Below, piece by piece: positions 1-11,288 of a stretch of 64,000 nt of DNA (the first letter of the stretch is position 1; every line of letters starts with the position of its first letter). The stretch is taken from NCBI GenBank assembly GCA_039208735.1, contig JBCCQY010000023.1, positions 1 to 64,000 on the forward strand. The letters are read 5' to 3'. The stretch is from Myxococcota bacterium (GTDB taxonomy: Bacteria; Myxococcota_A; UBA796; GCA-2862545). The notes below the pieces were generated by a model that was not told the origin of the DNA, ran no database searches, and saw only the letters and a program-made list of their open reading frames with translations. Made by a program: the position numbers and the translations under genes.

Positions 1-274
1 ATGAGCGCTCCTCGCGCGCGTCCAACGCGCGTGGGGACGGAACCGACCTGGAGGAAAACGCAATGAACCGCATCTTCAGTGTGCTTGCCGCGGCGAGCCT
101 TCTTTCTGCTTGTGATCTCGTTGAAGGCGTGACCGATTCGGGCGACACCTTCAACGAGATCACAAGCAGAAAGAAGGCTCGCCGCGGCAAGCACACTGAA
201 GATGCGGTTCATTGCGTTTTCCTCCAGGTCGGTTCCGTCCCCACGCGCGTTGGACGCGCGCGAGGAGCGCTCAT
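1..274. repeat. Perfect 127-bp inverted repeat (1-127 / 148-274) with 20-nt spacer; fold-back
   Basis: 1-127 is the exact reverse complement of 148-274 (e.g. atgagcgctcctcgcg vs cgcgaggagcgctcat). Confidence 0.95.
128..212 (-). pseudogene. N-terminus of a lipoprotein gene cut by the fold-back
   Basis: GGAGG RBS, then MNRIFSVLAAASLLSAC (lipobox), downstream of the co-oriented 275-760 gene; mirrored by the + ORF at 63. Confidence 0.6.
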
Positions 275-760
275 TCACTTGCAGGCAGGCCGCTGGTTGA
301 CCTTGATGGTAGGCTCGTCCGCCGGGTTGACCTGGCGGATGGTCACGGTGAGATCGTTGTCCTTCTTGCCCTTGGCACAGAACTCGGTCTTGGTGTTGAC
401 GGTGTAGGACACCATGCCCTTGCCCTGGTTGCCGGCCGGCTGGCCTGCGCCACCGCTGCCGAAGCCCTTGGTGGTTTCCTTGCCGGGCGCCATGAAGGTC
501 GCGCGAACTGCAGTGTACCGGCCCTTCGGCACTTCAGCCATCGCGACCTGCACCTTCTGGCCGTTCGCGAGCTTGCTCATCTTCGCATCACCGACGTTGG
601 TCTTCACTTTGACCCAACCGTCGTCTTCGTGCTTCAGCTCAATCTTTTGAGCGACCGCGCCAATTTGGCTGTTCTGGGCGGCCGAGAGGTTCAGGGGAAC
701 GGTGGCCATCTTGCTGCAGCCCACCGTCATAGCCATGACAATGAAGGAAACGAGTTTCAT
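275..760 (-). CDS. Hypothetical lipoprotein
   Basis: MKLVSFIVMAMTVGC signal/lipobox; GGAG upstream; host-like codon usage. Confidence 0.75.
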   Translation of the reverse strand: MKLVSFIVMAMTVGCSKMATVPLNLSAAQNSQIGAVAQKIELKHEDDGWVKVKTNVGDAKMSKLANGQKVQVAMAEVPKGRYTAVRATFMAPGKETTKGFGSGGAGQPAGNQGKGMVSYTVNTKTEFCAKGKKDNDLTVTIRQVNPADEPTIKVNQRPACK

Positions 761-901
761 GTTGTCTGTCTCTCCCAGTGGCGACACACGCTAACATCTG
801 GGTGCACATCGTCCTCGGCGTTGGACACCGCAGACGCTTCCTGGCGCAACCAGACGTGCGGTTATAGCGGTCTTGGCACTCTGCGCGCAGGATACAGAGC
901 G

Positions 902-1408
902 GTGACGGACTCAACCTCCGAAGCTTTGCGTCGACTGACCCATGAGGTGGGCGAGACGCGAAAAATGGTTCAAGAACGCCTTTCGAACGACAAGGTTCGC
1001 GAAAAGGCCTTCGATCAGCTCTACGAAGAGCTGAGGCAATACAAAGAGGATTTCCTGTTTCAAGCAGAGAAACCACTCTTGCTCGATCTGCTCTTGTTCT
1101 ACGATTCCATGAACTGGTTCCAGGAGAGTCTCATCAAGCAGGAGATGTCGCCCGATGTGATCGCCGACAGCTTCCAGTACTTGATGGACGAGTTTCTCGA
1201 GGTGCTCTACCGGCGCGATGTCGTGCCCGTGGACGAGCACAACCGGTTCGATGCGACGGTTCACCGCGCCATCAAGGTGCAGGAGACCGACGACGAATCT
1301 GCCGACTACAAAGTGGCTCAAGTGCTCAAACGCGGGTTTGCCCGCGCGAAGAAGCCACTGAGGCCCGAGGAGGTCGTCATCCTGCGCTACCGTGGAAAGA
1401 AGGCCTAG
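902..1408 (+). CDS. grpE: GrpE-like nucleotide exchange factor
   Basis: FDATVHRAI...VAQVLKRGF...LRPEEVVI GrpE C-terminal motif; directly upstream of Hsp70; GTG start inferred. Confidence 0.85.
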   Translation: MTDSTSEALRRLTHEVGETRKMVQERLSNDKVREKAFDQLYEELRQYKEDFLFQAEKPLLLDLLLFYDSMNWFQESLIKQEMSPDVIADSFQYLMDEFLEVLYRRDVVPVDEHNRFDATVHRAIKVQETDDESADYKVAQVLKRGFARAKKPLRPEEVVILRYRGKKA

Positions 1409-1411
1409 CGA

Positions 1412-3067
1412 ATGTCCGACGACAACAAAGTCGTGCTGGGCATCGACCTCGGCACCACGTTCTCGGCGATGGCGCAGGTCAACGACTTCGGGAAGGCCGA
1501 GATCATCCCCAACGCCGATGGGTTCCCCACGACACCATCGGTGGTCCACTTCTACGACGACGACGCCTGTGTGGTCGGCGAAGAAGCCGTCAAGATGGTG
1601 GTCATCGACCCCGAGAACGTCGTGCGCTTCATCAAGCGGCACATGGGGGAGGAAGACTTCACCCTCGAGTTCTTCGGGCGGAGCTACACCCCTCAGGAAA
1701 TCAGCGCGCTCATCCTGCGCAAAATCAAGGACGACGCCGAAGAGCTGCTCGGCAAGCCTGTGGAGGACGCCGTCATCACGGTGCCCGCCTACTTTCACAG
1801 TGCGCAGCGCGGGGCCACCGCCGAAGCAGGCGCCATCGCGGGCCTCAATGTGTTGTCGATCATCAACGAGCCCACTGCTGCGGCCATCGCCTATGGCCTC
1901 GACCGCATCGGGCACCAGCAGAGCTTGCTCGTGCTGGACCTGGGCGGCGGGACCTTCGATGTCACGGTCATGGAGATTCGCGGCACCAAGTTGTCGACCA
2001 TCGCGAGCGACGGCAACGCAGAACTTGGCGGCAAGGACTGGGATGATCGCCTGCTCAACTACGTCGCAGAGCAGTTCTTCGAAAAGTACCAGCTTGACCC
2101 GCGTGACGATGCCTCGCCCTACCAGGAACTCTACGAACGGTGTCTGCACGCCAAGATCAGCTTGTCCACCAAGGAACGAGCCGTGGTGCCGGTGAACTAC
2201 CGAGGCAAACGGCTCGCGGTGAAGGTGACCCGGGAGCTGTTCGAGGAACTGACCCGCGACCTCGTGCAACAGTGCGAAGACACGGCCCAGATCGTCCTCG
2301 AAAAGGCCAACCGAACCTGGGATGACCTCGACGAGGTCCTTTTGGTTGGCGGGTCAACGCGCATGCCCATGATCCGCGATATGCTCGTTCGGCTGTCGGG
2401 AAAGGAGCCCGCAAAAGACGTCAATCCAGAGGAGTGCGTGGCGCTTGGCGCGGCTCTGGCTGGAGTGTTTCGCCACCGTCCAAACCATCCCGCCCTCCAA
2501 GAGAAGCGGGCCGAGATGGTGCAGCGCACGCAGAAACTCAAGCAGCGAACCGCTCCGAAGCCCCCACCCGAAAGCGATCCCAAGCCCGAGCGGCAGGGGG
2601 CCAAGATTGGCCTTGCCTACGGTGGACATGTGGCCCAAGAGGGGCTGCAAATCCAGGATGCGACCACGCATTCGTTGGGGATGATCGTGCTCGATCATGC
2701 TCGAAGGGAACGCGTCGTCGAGTTGGTTCCCGAGGGCACTCGACTTCCACACGAGCAGAAAAAGCGCTTCAAGTATGCCTTTGAAGGCATGACGGCGGTT
2801 CGGGTCGAGGTCACCGAAGGTCAGGGTCAAACCCGCGAAGAGGTCACGGTGATCGGCAAGGTCGAGCTGACCGGCCTTCCCCCCCGCCCCGTGGGTACGC
2901 CGATCGAGGTCACCTATCGGTATGGCGTCGATCAGATCCTCAAGGTCCATGTCGCGGACATGCAAACTGGGGCGGCGCGCGAAGTCGACATCCGCTTCAA
3001 GGGCGGCATGACACCCGAACAGATCGAGCGGGCCCGCGGTCGCACAACCCGCATGACGGTCGACTGA
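1412..3067 (+). CDS. Hsp70/DnaK-family chaperone (atypical paralog)
   Basis: GIDLGTT, TVPAYF, NEPTAAA, DLGGGTFD and LVGGSTRMP motifs. Confidence 0.95.
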   Translation: MSDDNKVVLGIDLGTTFSAMAQVNDFGKAEIIPNADGFPTTPSVVHFYDDDACVVGEEAVKMVVIDPENVVRFIKRHMGEEDFTLEFFGRSYTPQEISALILRKIKDDAEELLGKPVEDAVITVPAYFHSAQRGATAEAGAIAGLNVLSIINEPTAAAIAYGLDRIGHQQSLLVLDLGGGTFDVTVMEIRGTKLSTIASDGNAELGGKDWDDRLLNYVAEQFFEKYQLDPRDDASPYQELYERCLHAKISLSTKERAVVPVNYRGKRLAVKVTRELFEELTRDLVQQCEDTAQIVLEKANRTWDDLDEVLLVGGSTRMPMIRDMLVRLSGKEPAKDVNPEECVALGAALAGVFRHRPNHPALQEKRAEMVQRTQKLKQRTAPKPPPESDPKPERQGAKIGLAYGGHVAQEGLQIQDATTHSLGMIVLDHARRERVVELVPEGTRLPHEQKKRFKYAFEGMTAVRVEVTEGQGQTREEVTVIGKVELTGLPPRPVGTPIEVTYRYGVDQILKVHVADMQTGAAREVDIRFKGGMTPEQIERARGRTTRMTVD

Positions 3068-3130
3068 CGTCACGTCGAGGTTCTTGAGACGATACATCCG
3101 GGGCCGGCCGACCTTGGCCCCCGGAGCGGC

Positions 3131-3796
3131 ATGTCCGAGCGCCCGTCCCCATTTGATCGTGCCGAGGCTTTCTGTCGAGAAGTCGGAGCTTCCGACCTTC
3201 TCGCCTACCTGGCCCTGCCTCCTGACGCCTCTGCGGAGGAAGCGCAGGCGCGCTTGCACGAACAACGACGGCGTTTGCAGGGGCTTCAGGCGCATCCCCG
3301 ACACAAGCGAGAAGCGCGGTCCTTCATCGCCAACTACGCCGCGCTCAAGGACGCGCTTTCCGATCTCGAGGCGTACCGCCAAGAGGCGATGCGTCGATCG
3401 CGCTCGGTCCACCTTCCCGTGCTCGAGATGACGATGCGCGCGGTGCTCGCGAAGGGGCGGCTTTCGCCCGATGACGAAGCCTATCTGAGTCGGAATGCCG
3501 CGGAACTCGGGGTGGATGAAGAGGATTACCGGGATCTGCTCGCAAGGGTGGCGGGAGAACTCGGCGTGCGGCTGCACACCATCCCCACGAAACTGTCGAA
3601 CACCGATCCCAGCACCGTGCCGACGGGTCGACCCGCTCGCGCTCGAGGAACCACGCCGGATGTGTTGGCCGCGATGCCTCGCGTGCCGTCGCCGCCGGAG
3701 GACAAGCCAGTCCCGAAGCGCTTTCCGGTGTGGGCGATCGGGGTCATCGGGTTCGTGGTTGGGCTGTTGATTGTCGCCTTCGTCTTGTTTCGCTAA
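3131..3796 (+). CDS. J-domain-like/TerB-like protein with C-terminal membrane anchor
   Basis: DLLAYLALPPDASAEE..HPR J-like segment; GRLSPDDEAYL..AAELGV TerB-like helices; C-terminal hydrophobic helix. Confidence 0.6.
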   Translation: MSERPSPFDRAEAFCREVGASDLLAYLALPPDASAEEAQARLHEQRRRLQGLQAHPRHKREARSFIANYAALKDALSDLEAYRQEAMRRSRSVHLPVLEMTMRAVLAKGRLSPDDEAYLSRNAAELGVDEEDYRDLLARVAGELGVRLHTIPTKLSNTDPSTVPTGRPARARGTTPDVLAAMPRVPSPPEDKPVPKRFPVWAIGVIGFVVGLLIVAFVLFR

Positions 3797-6372
3797 CGCC
3801 GTCGCCGTCGTCGTCGCCGCCGACGTTTGCCCTCCAGTGTCGCGGCAGGGCGCACTTGAGGGGGGCCCCAGTGCTCGGTCTCGCCACCCGGCCAAAGCCT
3901 CGGCCATCGCGACAGTAGTTCTTGGGCGAGTTCAGCATGGTTGCCACGACGAAGCGATGGATCTCCATCGAGGATCGTCTTGGCCTCACGGCGTGCGTGC
4001 AGCACCCAATCGAGGTCACGGTCCAGGTCGAGCCAGGTGAGTTGGGGCAAGGGGATGCCTGCCTCGGTGACCACCTTGTTGACGCCTGACAACTCGGCCA
4101 ACGTTTCGGTCAACGCCACTCCGCTGGGGGCTTGTTGCAGCCGACGGAGCCGGGCGGTCGACTCTGGTGACGCATGATCGCCTGCAACCAACCACGCTTC
4201 TGCCTGCAGACGGCTTTTCGAAAAGAACCCAATGATGCGATGAAGCCGCCAGGCATCGACCGCTTCGGCTTGTTCGACGACCACGACGCCAACCGCAGGA
4301 ACCGCGGGACCATCCTCGATGCGCGACGTGCAGACCAAGACCTGCAAACGTCGATGGAGGAAGTTGTCGTGGACTCGCCTGCGCTCTTCGCCAGAGAGGG
4401 CTCCATGCAGCAGGCCAACCGACAAGCCTTGCAGGGCGTCATTTTCAAGCGCACGCACGAGCCGCCGCGCGCCTTGCACATCGACGGCATCTCGGTCGTT
4501 CATCATCGGGAAGACGACAACGGCCTGCCGGCCCGTTGCCACGATGTCGCGGAGACGCGTGTACGCTTCGCTGCGTTCAGTGGCGGCGCAAAGGGAGATG
4601 CGGGCCGGCCGTCGAGCCTCGTTGACGAGCACGCTCACATCGAAGTCATGGTACGCGGTCATGAGGATGCGAGGGCCTACCGGGACCGCGGTGGTCACGA
4701 GCAGATCGGGACGAGGTGAGGGCAAGGCCATCTGATGCACGCCCACCTGGCCCCAGGGTTCCCGCTCGGCCGCCACGACGAGGCCCAACCTCCGGAACTC
4801 GATCTGGTGGGCCAAGAGGTCCACCGTGCCGTAGACGACGTGGATCTCCCCACGACGAATGGCATCTCGTTGCGAGCCGGTTGGGGGCGAGGAGACGATG
4901 CGGGCGACAAGACCGCTTTCGCGTAGAGCTGGTTCGTTATGAAGAAAGCGCTCGTGGGCGCCTGCTTCATCGTGGGCGAGCACCAGGACCTGCGAACGGC
5001 CTTCGGCCACGATCGCTGTGGCCATCAACGAGATGGCCCCTTTGCCAGCTCCCACCTCACCCTTGATCACGCGACGCATCGGCACGGGCCGACGTAGCTC
5101 TCGCTTGATCTCCTCGAGCACACTCTGTTGGCCATCATCGAGCGTCAGGTCCGACATCTGGCCAAGGGTTCCGACGAAGCCGTGCACAATGTTGTGCGCG
5201 ATACCCCGACCCCGGGACTGTGGGCCGCGGTGTAGCCGATGAGCCAGGGCCACGATCAGCGCTTCATCGAAGGCCAAGCGCTGGCGGCTCGGCTCGTGCA
5301 TGGACCGATGGCCTTGGGCCCACGCGGCATTCCGTTGCAACAGGGTGTGCCGCTTCAGGATCGCCGGCGGCACCGGATCGCGTTCACGGCGTGGACGCAA
5401 CCGGTCCCATCGGTCGACGATCAGCCGGATCGAACGGTCGATATCGGGATTGAAGAAGCGGTAGCGCGCTTGAAACACCGTGTTGCCCGACGCAGACGCG
5501 ATCTCAGCTTCGATGAGGTGTCGGGGGCCTCCGACAAGACCGACCAACACCACCCGGGCCCCCGATGTGAGATGGGGTCGTGCTTGTGACCAGGTGACCG
5601 TGATTTCGCCATCATCATCGGTCAACCGGGCTCGATCTTCGTCGATCACCGTGCCGTCGGGCTGAAAGCGCGAGGTTCGCCCCAGGAGCGTGACGCCAAC
5701 CGCGATCCGGCCTTCCGGCAGCGGTCCGGTGACCGTTCGCAGCACGGGGAAGGTCTCAAAGCTCGTGGGGCGCTCATGAAGCACGTCGCCTACGGTCGAC
5801 AGTCCGAAACCCGACAGGCTTTCGGCTAACCCGGGATCCGCTTCAGCCAGCGGCAGCAGGTCGTCGAAGGGCGGTGGTTGGGGGACCGGAGGCTCCTCGG
5901 GGGCTTGCGACGCGAGTTCGGGCCCTTCTCGTTCGTCTTCGTCCGGCGGGTCCGCTTCGGGTGCCGGTTCGACGGGTTCCGGCTCATCGACCTGGATCGG
6001 CTTGCGAATGGGTACGGGCCGATGGGATGGCAAGGGCAATCCCGTGACCGCATCGAGCCGAGCGAGCGCGGCGAACATCGTGGACAGCCGCGTGCGGCGT
6101 GCATCGTCGGGCGCTTCGTCGAAGCCGTCGACATGCCCACGAAGTTCGTCCACCACCTCGCGAAGGGCAACCGGCAGATCGAGTGCCTCGGTGCCGGCCA
6201 AATGGCGACGGACGTTGGCCTCGAAGTAGCGCAGCTTTGCTTCGGGCCGAAGCGCGTAGTTCACCACACGACGTACCGGACGCAGCACGCGATCGAGTTC
6301 GACCAGGGGGCCTTGTTCGCGGGTCTTGGGACGTTCGGACTTGCGGGTCTCGCCGTCCCTCCTCGCGGTCAT
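3793..6372 (-). CDS. RecG-like helicase-fold protein with degenerate catalytic motifs
   Basis: RLAFDEAL, PMRRVIKGEVGAGKG, LLHG and VLVCTSRIEDG match the RecG layout; DEQH replaced by AERE. Confidence 0.8.
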   Translation of the reverse strand: MTARRDGETRKSERPKTREQGPLVELDRVLRPVRRVVNYALRPEAKLRYFEANVRRHLAGTEALDLPVALREVVDELRGHVDGFDEAPDDARRTRLSTMFAALARLDAVTGLPLPSHRPVPIRKPIQVDEPEPVEPAPEADPPDEDEREGPELASQAPEEPPVPQPPPFDDLLPLAEADPGLAESLSGFGLSTVGDVLHERPTSFETFPVLRTVTGPLPEGRIAVGVTLLGRTSRFQPDGTVIDEDRARLTDDDGEITVTWSQARPHLTSGARVVLVGLVGGPRHLIEAEIASASGNTVFQARYRFFNPDIDRSIRLIVDRWDRLRPRRERDPVPPAILKRHTLLQRNAAWAQGHRSMHEPSRQRLAFDEALIVALAHRLHRGPQSRGRGIAHNIVHGFVGTLGQMSDLTLDDGQQSVLEEIKRELRRPVPMRRVIKGEVGAGKGAISLMATAIVAEGRSQVLVLAHDEAGAHERFLHNEPALRESGLVARIVSSPPTGSQRDAIRRGEIHVVYGTVDLLAHQIEFRRLGLVVAAEREPWGQVGVHQMALPSPRPDLLVTTAVPVGPRILMTAYHDFDVSVLVNEARRPARISLCAATERSEAYTRLRDIVATGRQAVVVFPMMNDRDAVDVQGARRLVRALENDALQGLSVGLLHGALSGEERRRVHDNFLHRRLQVLVCTSRIEDGPAVPAVGVVVVEQAEAVDAWRLHRIIGFFSKSRLQAEAWLVAGDHASPESTARLRRLQQAPSGVALTETLAELSGVNKVVTEAGIPLPQLTWLDLDRDLDWVLHARREAKTILDGDPSLRRGNHAELAQELLSRWPRLWPGGETEHWGPPQVRPAATLEGKRRRRRRRRRR

Positions 6373-6842
6373 CGGTACTGGACCTCGACGATTTCCCAGA
6401 CCTGGCGCCCACTGGGCGCGGGAACGATGGCTTCATCCCCTTCCGAACGTCCGATCAACGCACGGCCGAGTGGGGACTCGAAGCTGATGGTTCCCGAATC
6501 GACATCGGCTTCGTCTGCGCCTACGATTCGCCACGTGCGTTCTGCGCCTTCGGCGTTCGCGATCGTCACCGTGGCCCCGAACACGACGCGGTCTTCCTCG
6601 GTGAGCTTCTTGATGTCGATCACTTCTGCGCTGGCGACCTTGCCTTCGAGGTCCTGGATCCGGCCTTCACAGAGGGCCTGACGTTCTTTTGCGTCTTCGT
6701 ACTCGGAGTTCTCGCTGATGTCCCCGTGGGCGCGCGCTTCTTCGATGTCGCGCACGATCTGGGGCCGAACAACTTCCTTTTGACGCTTCAACTCGGCAAC
6801 GAGGGCCGCATAACCCTCTGGGGTCACAGGGTTCCGGGTCAT
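6369..6842 (-). CDS. greA: Transcription elongation factor GreA
   Basis: ARAHGDISENSEY and ISFESPLGRALIG motifs. Confidence 0.97.
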   Translation of the reverse strand: MTRNPVTPEGYAALVAELKRQKEVVRPQIVRDIEEARAHGDISENSEYEDAKERQALCEGRIQDLEGKVASAEVIDIKKLTEEDRVVFGATVTIANAEGAERTWRIVGADEADVDSGTISFESPLGRALIGRSEGDEAIVPAPSGRQVWEIVEVQYR

Positions 6843-6957
6843 ACCGTATGATTCCTCGATCTCGTAGTGGGAGTGCCACAAGCGGACGGGCAGACGCACA
6901 GTCTAGCAGTCGGCTCATTCGCCGACCAGGCAACGCCGCCCGCGGACACTCCGTCGT

Positions 6958-8766
<1,809 letters not shown>

Positions 8767-8899
8767 ATCGTGCCTCCGGGGCGGCGGAACCAAGCAGAAG
8801 ACGCAGTCCGTATATCGGAGCACCCTCGCCTGCACGGGTTGCTTTCGTCACTTCACCCCAGTATGGGGGACCGTACTCCCGTACACCGGAGACGTCTTC

Positions 8900-9178
8900 G
8901 TGGCTCATCACAAGGATGCGATCAAGCGCATCAAGCAGAATGCCAAGCAGCGCGCTCGCAATCGTCAGTACCGCACCCGTATGCGCAACCAAATCAAGCG
9001 TCTGCGCGGCGCCGTTGAGGCGGGCAACGTCGAAGAAGCCCAGACCGAGCTGCGGGCCACCGTGAGCATCATCCACCGTCTGGCGTCCAAGGGCGTCATT
9101 CACCGCAACCAAGCCGCGCGTCGGGTCAAGCGCCTCACACACGCCGTCAAGAACATCCAGTCGTCGAACGAAGACTGA
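8900..9178 (+). CDS. rpsT: 30S ribosomal protein S20
   Basis: AHHKDAIKRIKQ...KGVIHRNQAARR. Confidence 0.96.
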   Translation: MAHHKDAIKRIKQNAKQRARNRQYRTRMRNQIKRLRGAVEAGNVEEAQTELRATVSIIHRLASKGVIHRNQAARRVKRLTHAVKNIQSSNED

Positions 9179-9200
9179 GGTTGCGAGACTCCGCCAGTTT

Positions 9201-10238
9201 CTAGCGGGGTCGCGGAACGTCGGGGGGGCGACGGAGTCGACCGGTCAGCATCTCGAGCACGAGTCCTTCGAGAAGCCTGTCTGCACCTGCCCGATGACTG
9301 TTCATCTGCCGATTTGCAGTTGCAATGCGACGCAAGAGTTCTGCGCCGTCGGGAAAGCTGTCGAGAAGGTAGGGTTTGACCTTCCGATATACGTCTCGCC
9401 GGATCCGGAACTGCTCGGTGATGGCGCGATCGTTCTTGCCGGCCAGAAGCGCTTCCCGCACCATCGCCAGTTGGCGCATTTGCCAAGCGATGAGGCCGAG
9501 CAACGGTCGGGCGTCGACCCCATCGTTCTGTAGGCGATGGAGGGTGGACAGCGTGCCTTCGACATCGCGGGCGGCGAGGGCGGCGGTGAGTTCCCAGTTG
9601 TCGGCCGCCGCCGTCACCGACGTGGCTTCCGCCATGGCTTCGGCCGTGATCGCCTCGGCTTCTCCCACGTAGGTGACCAGCTTGTCGACCTCGGCTTCAA
9701 GCTGTCCCAGATCTTTGCCCACCGCCTCGACAAGTGCTTTTGCACTGTTGCGGTCGATGGTTTTGCCCTGGGCTTTTGCGCGTTCGATCACAAACGTAGC
9801 CGGAGGCGAATTGAATTTGAGAGGGCTCGGGAGTTTGGCGGCCTTGAGCGCCTTGGTGATGCGAATGCTCGGGTTGAGCTTTTCAACCTTCGGATAGCGG
9901 GCGCCTGCCACGACGAGTACCGTCATGTCCGACGGAGACTCCAGATAGGCAAGCAGACCCTCGACAAAGTTGCGGGAGGCCTCCTCGAAGCCGAGCACTT
10001 CAACCAGCCGCATCGATGCCATGACCGGCAGGGTCTGGGCCGTGATGAACGCATCGGCGGCATTGGGCTCGGAGGCTCGGTAGCGACTGTGGTTGAAGGC
10101 AGGAGCCCCAAGGTTGGGGAGCACCGCCTCATGGATGGAGGCGATCGCCTGATCCACCAACGGTCGAGCATCGTCGATGAGGACGTAGACCGGGTGCACG
10201 TTCTTAGAAAGCGATTCCCGAAGCTTGGACAGCGACAT
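9201..10238 (-). CDS. holA: DNA polymerase III delta subunit
   Basis: PVYVL, TLPVMASMRLV, GKDLGQLEAEVDKL; next to rpsT as is common. Confidence 0.88.
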   Translation of the reverse strand: MSLSKLRESLSKNVHPVYVLIDDARPLVDQAIASIHEAVLPNLGAPAFNHSRYRASEPNAADAFITAQTLPVMASMRLVEVLGFEEASRNFVEGLLAYLESPSDMTVLVVAGARYPKVEKLNPSIRITKALKAAKLPSPLKFNSPPATFVIERAKAQGKTIDRNSAKALVEAVGKDLGQLEAEVDKLVTYVGEAEAITAEAMAEATSVTAAADNWELTAALAARDVEGTLSTLHRLQNDGVDARPLLGLIAWQMRQLAMVREALLAGKNDRAITEQFRIRRDVYRKVKPYLLDSFPDGAELLRRIATANRQMNSHRAGADRLLEGLVLEMLTGRLRRPPDVPRPR

Positions 10239-10398
10239 CGTGCGAGAGTATCCAGGCAACGTACGGTCGGCCGCGCGCGCGCAGTCCTGGATTTCTCGCA
10301 CCAATCGGATACGGTGCGTGCTCTGTGGTGCTGCATCCGTCGAACGACCGCGGCAGGGACCCGGATTCCGGCGATGGCGGCCGGTTGGAGAACGACTC

Positions 10399-10620
10399 GT
10401 GATTCTGGTGACGGTTCGAGACAACGAGCCCTTTGAGAAGGCTCTTCGGCGCTTCCGGCGTAAGGTCGAGCGTGAGGGCATCCGTAAGGACATCAAGAAG
10501 AACAGCTTCTACCTGAAGCCCGGTGAGAAGCGTCGGCTCAAGCAACGTCTCGCCGAGAAGCGTCGTCGGAAGGCTTCGCGCCGCGCCGCGCGGAAGGCCG
10601 CGAAGTCCGGCCGACCCTAA
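10399..10620 (+). CDS. rpsU: 30S ribosomal protein S21
   Basis: VRDNEPFEKALRRFRRKV...FYLKPGEKRR. Confidence 0.95.
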   Translation: MILVTVRDNEPFEKALRRFRRKVEREGIRKDIKKNSFYLKPGEKRRLKQRLAEKRRRKASRRAARKAAKSGRP

Positions 10621-10630
10621 GCTTCCGGTG

Positions 10631-11089
10631 ATGGTGGGCTGGCTACTTTTCGCGTGCGGAACGATGCCGGACGCTCCAAAGGTCAAGGTCGAGCCCATCT
10701 CCGCGCAGACCATGCGGGTGCGCATGTTCGCGCCGCACGGCAAGCCTCGCCTCGTGAACTTCTGGGCCACGTGGTGTGGGCCATGTGTGGCGGAACTCCC
10801 GCGAATTCGGAATTGGGCCGAGGCCCATCCCGGCTACGAAGTCGTGATGGTGGACCTCGATCTGCCCAATCGCCGTGAAGAGGCGGTGGTGCCGTTCATC
10901 GAGCGTGAGGGCATCGGCCATTTTACCCACTGGCAGATCGTCGACCCTGATCCCACCATGGCGCTGGGTCGGATCCTTCCCGACTGGCCAGATCAGATCC
11001 CCGTGACCTACGTGGTGAGTCGGCAGGGTACGGTGACTCACCGCTTCGCGCGGGCCCTCACCGAGGCCGATCTTGCCGCATTGAAATGA
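10631..11089 (+). CDS. TlpA-family thiol-disulfide oxidoreductase, probable lipoprotein
   Basis: VNFWATWCGPCVAELP; IPVTY cis-Pro motif. Confidence 0.9.
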   Translation: MVGWLLFACGTMPDAPKVKVEPISAQTMRVRMFAPHGKPRLVNFWATWCGPCVAELPRIRNWAEAHPGYEVVMVDLDLPNRREEAVVPFIEREGIGHFTHWQIVDPDPTMALGRILPDWPDQIPVTYVVSRQGTVTHRFARALTEADLAALK

Positions 11090-11173
11090 GCCCGGATGGT
11101 GGAATCGGTAGACACAGGGGACTTAAAATCCCCTTTCCGCAAGGGAGTGCGGGTTCGAGTCCCGCTCCGGGCA
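11090..11173 (+). tRNA. tRNA-Leu(TAA)
   Basis: GCCCGGA/TCCGGGC acceptor stem, GGGGA-CTTAAAA-TCCCC anticodon arm, long variable arm, GGTTCGAGTCC. Confidence 0.96.
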
Positions 11174-11215
11174 TTGCCCATCCACATCGCAACCATTAAG
11201 CGGATGGTGACCTTG

Positions 11216-11288
11216 GGGGCTGTAGCTCAACTGGGAGAGCGCTAGAATGGCATTCTAGAGGTCGTGGGTTCGAGTCCCATCAGCTCCA
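11216..11288 (+). tRNA. tRNA-Ala(GGC)
   Basis: GGGGCTG/CAGCTCC acceptor stem with G3:U70, CTAGA-ATGGCAT-TCTAG anticodon arm, TTCGAGT loop. Confidence 0.96.

Noticed and set aside
63..407. 114-aa + strand lipoprotein ORF
   Set aside because: Created by the fold-back; beyond about codon 29 it reads the antisense of real sequence
874..889. Sigma54-like TGGCAC..GC upstream of grpE
   Set aside because: GG-N10-GC spacing fits, but TTGC is missing and it lies too close to the inferred start
212..901. Long N-terminal extension of the GrpE ORF
   Set aside because: Antisense shadow of the 275-760 lipoprotein gene
3796..3822. (CGT/CGC)n short tandem repeat
   Set aside because: Simply encodes the poly-Arg tail of the RecG-like protein
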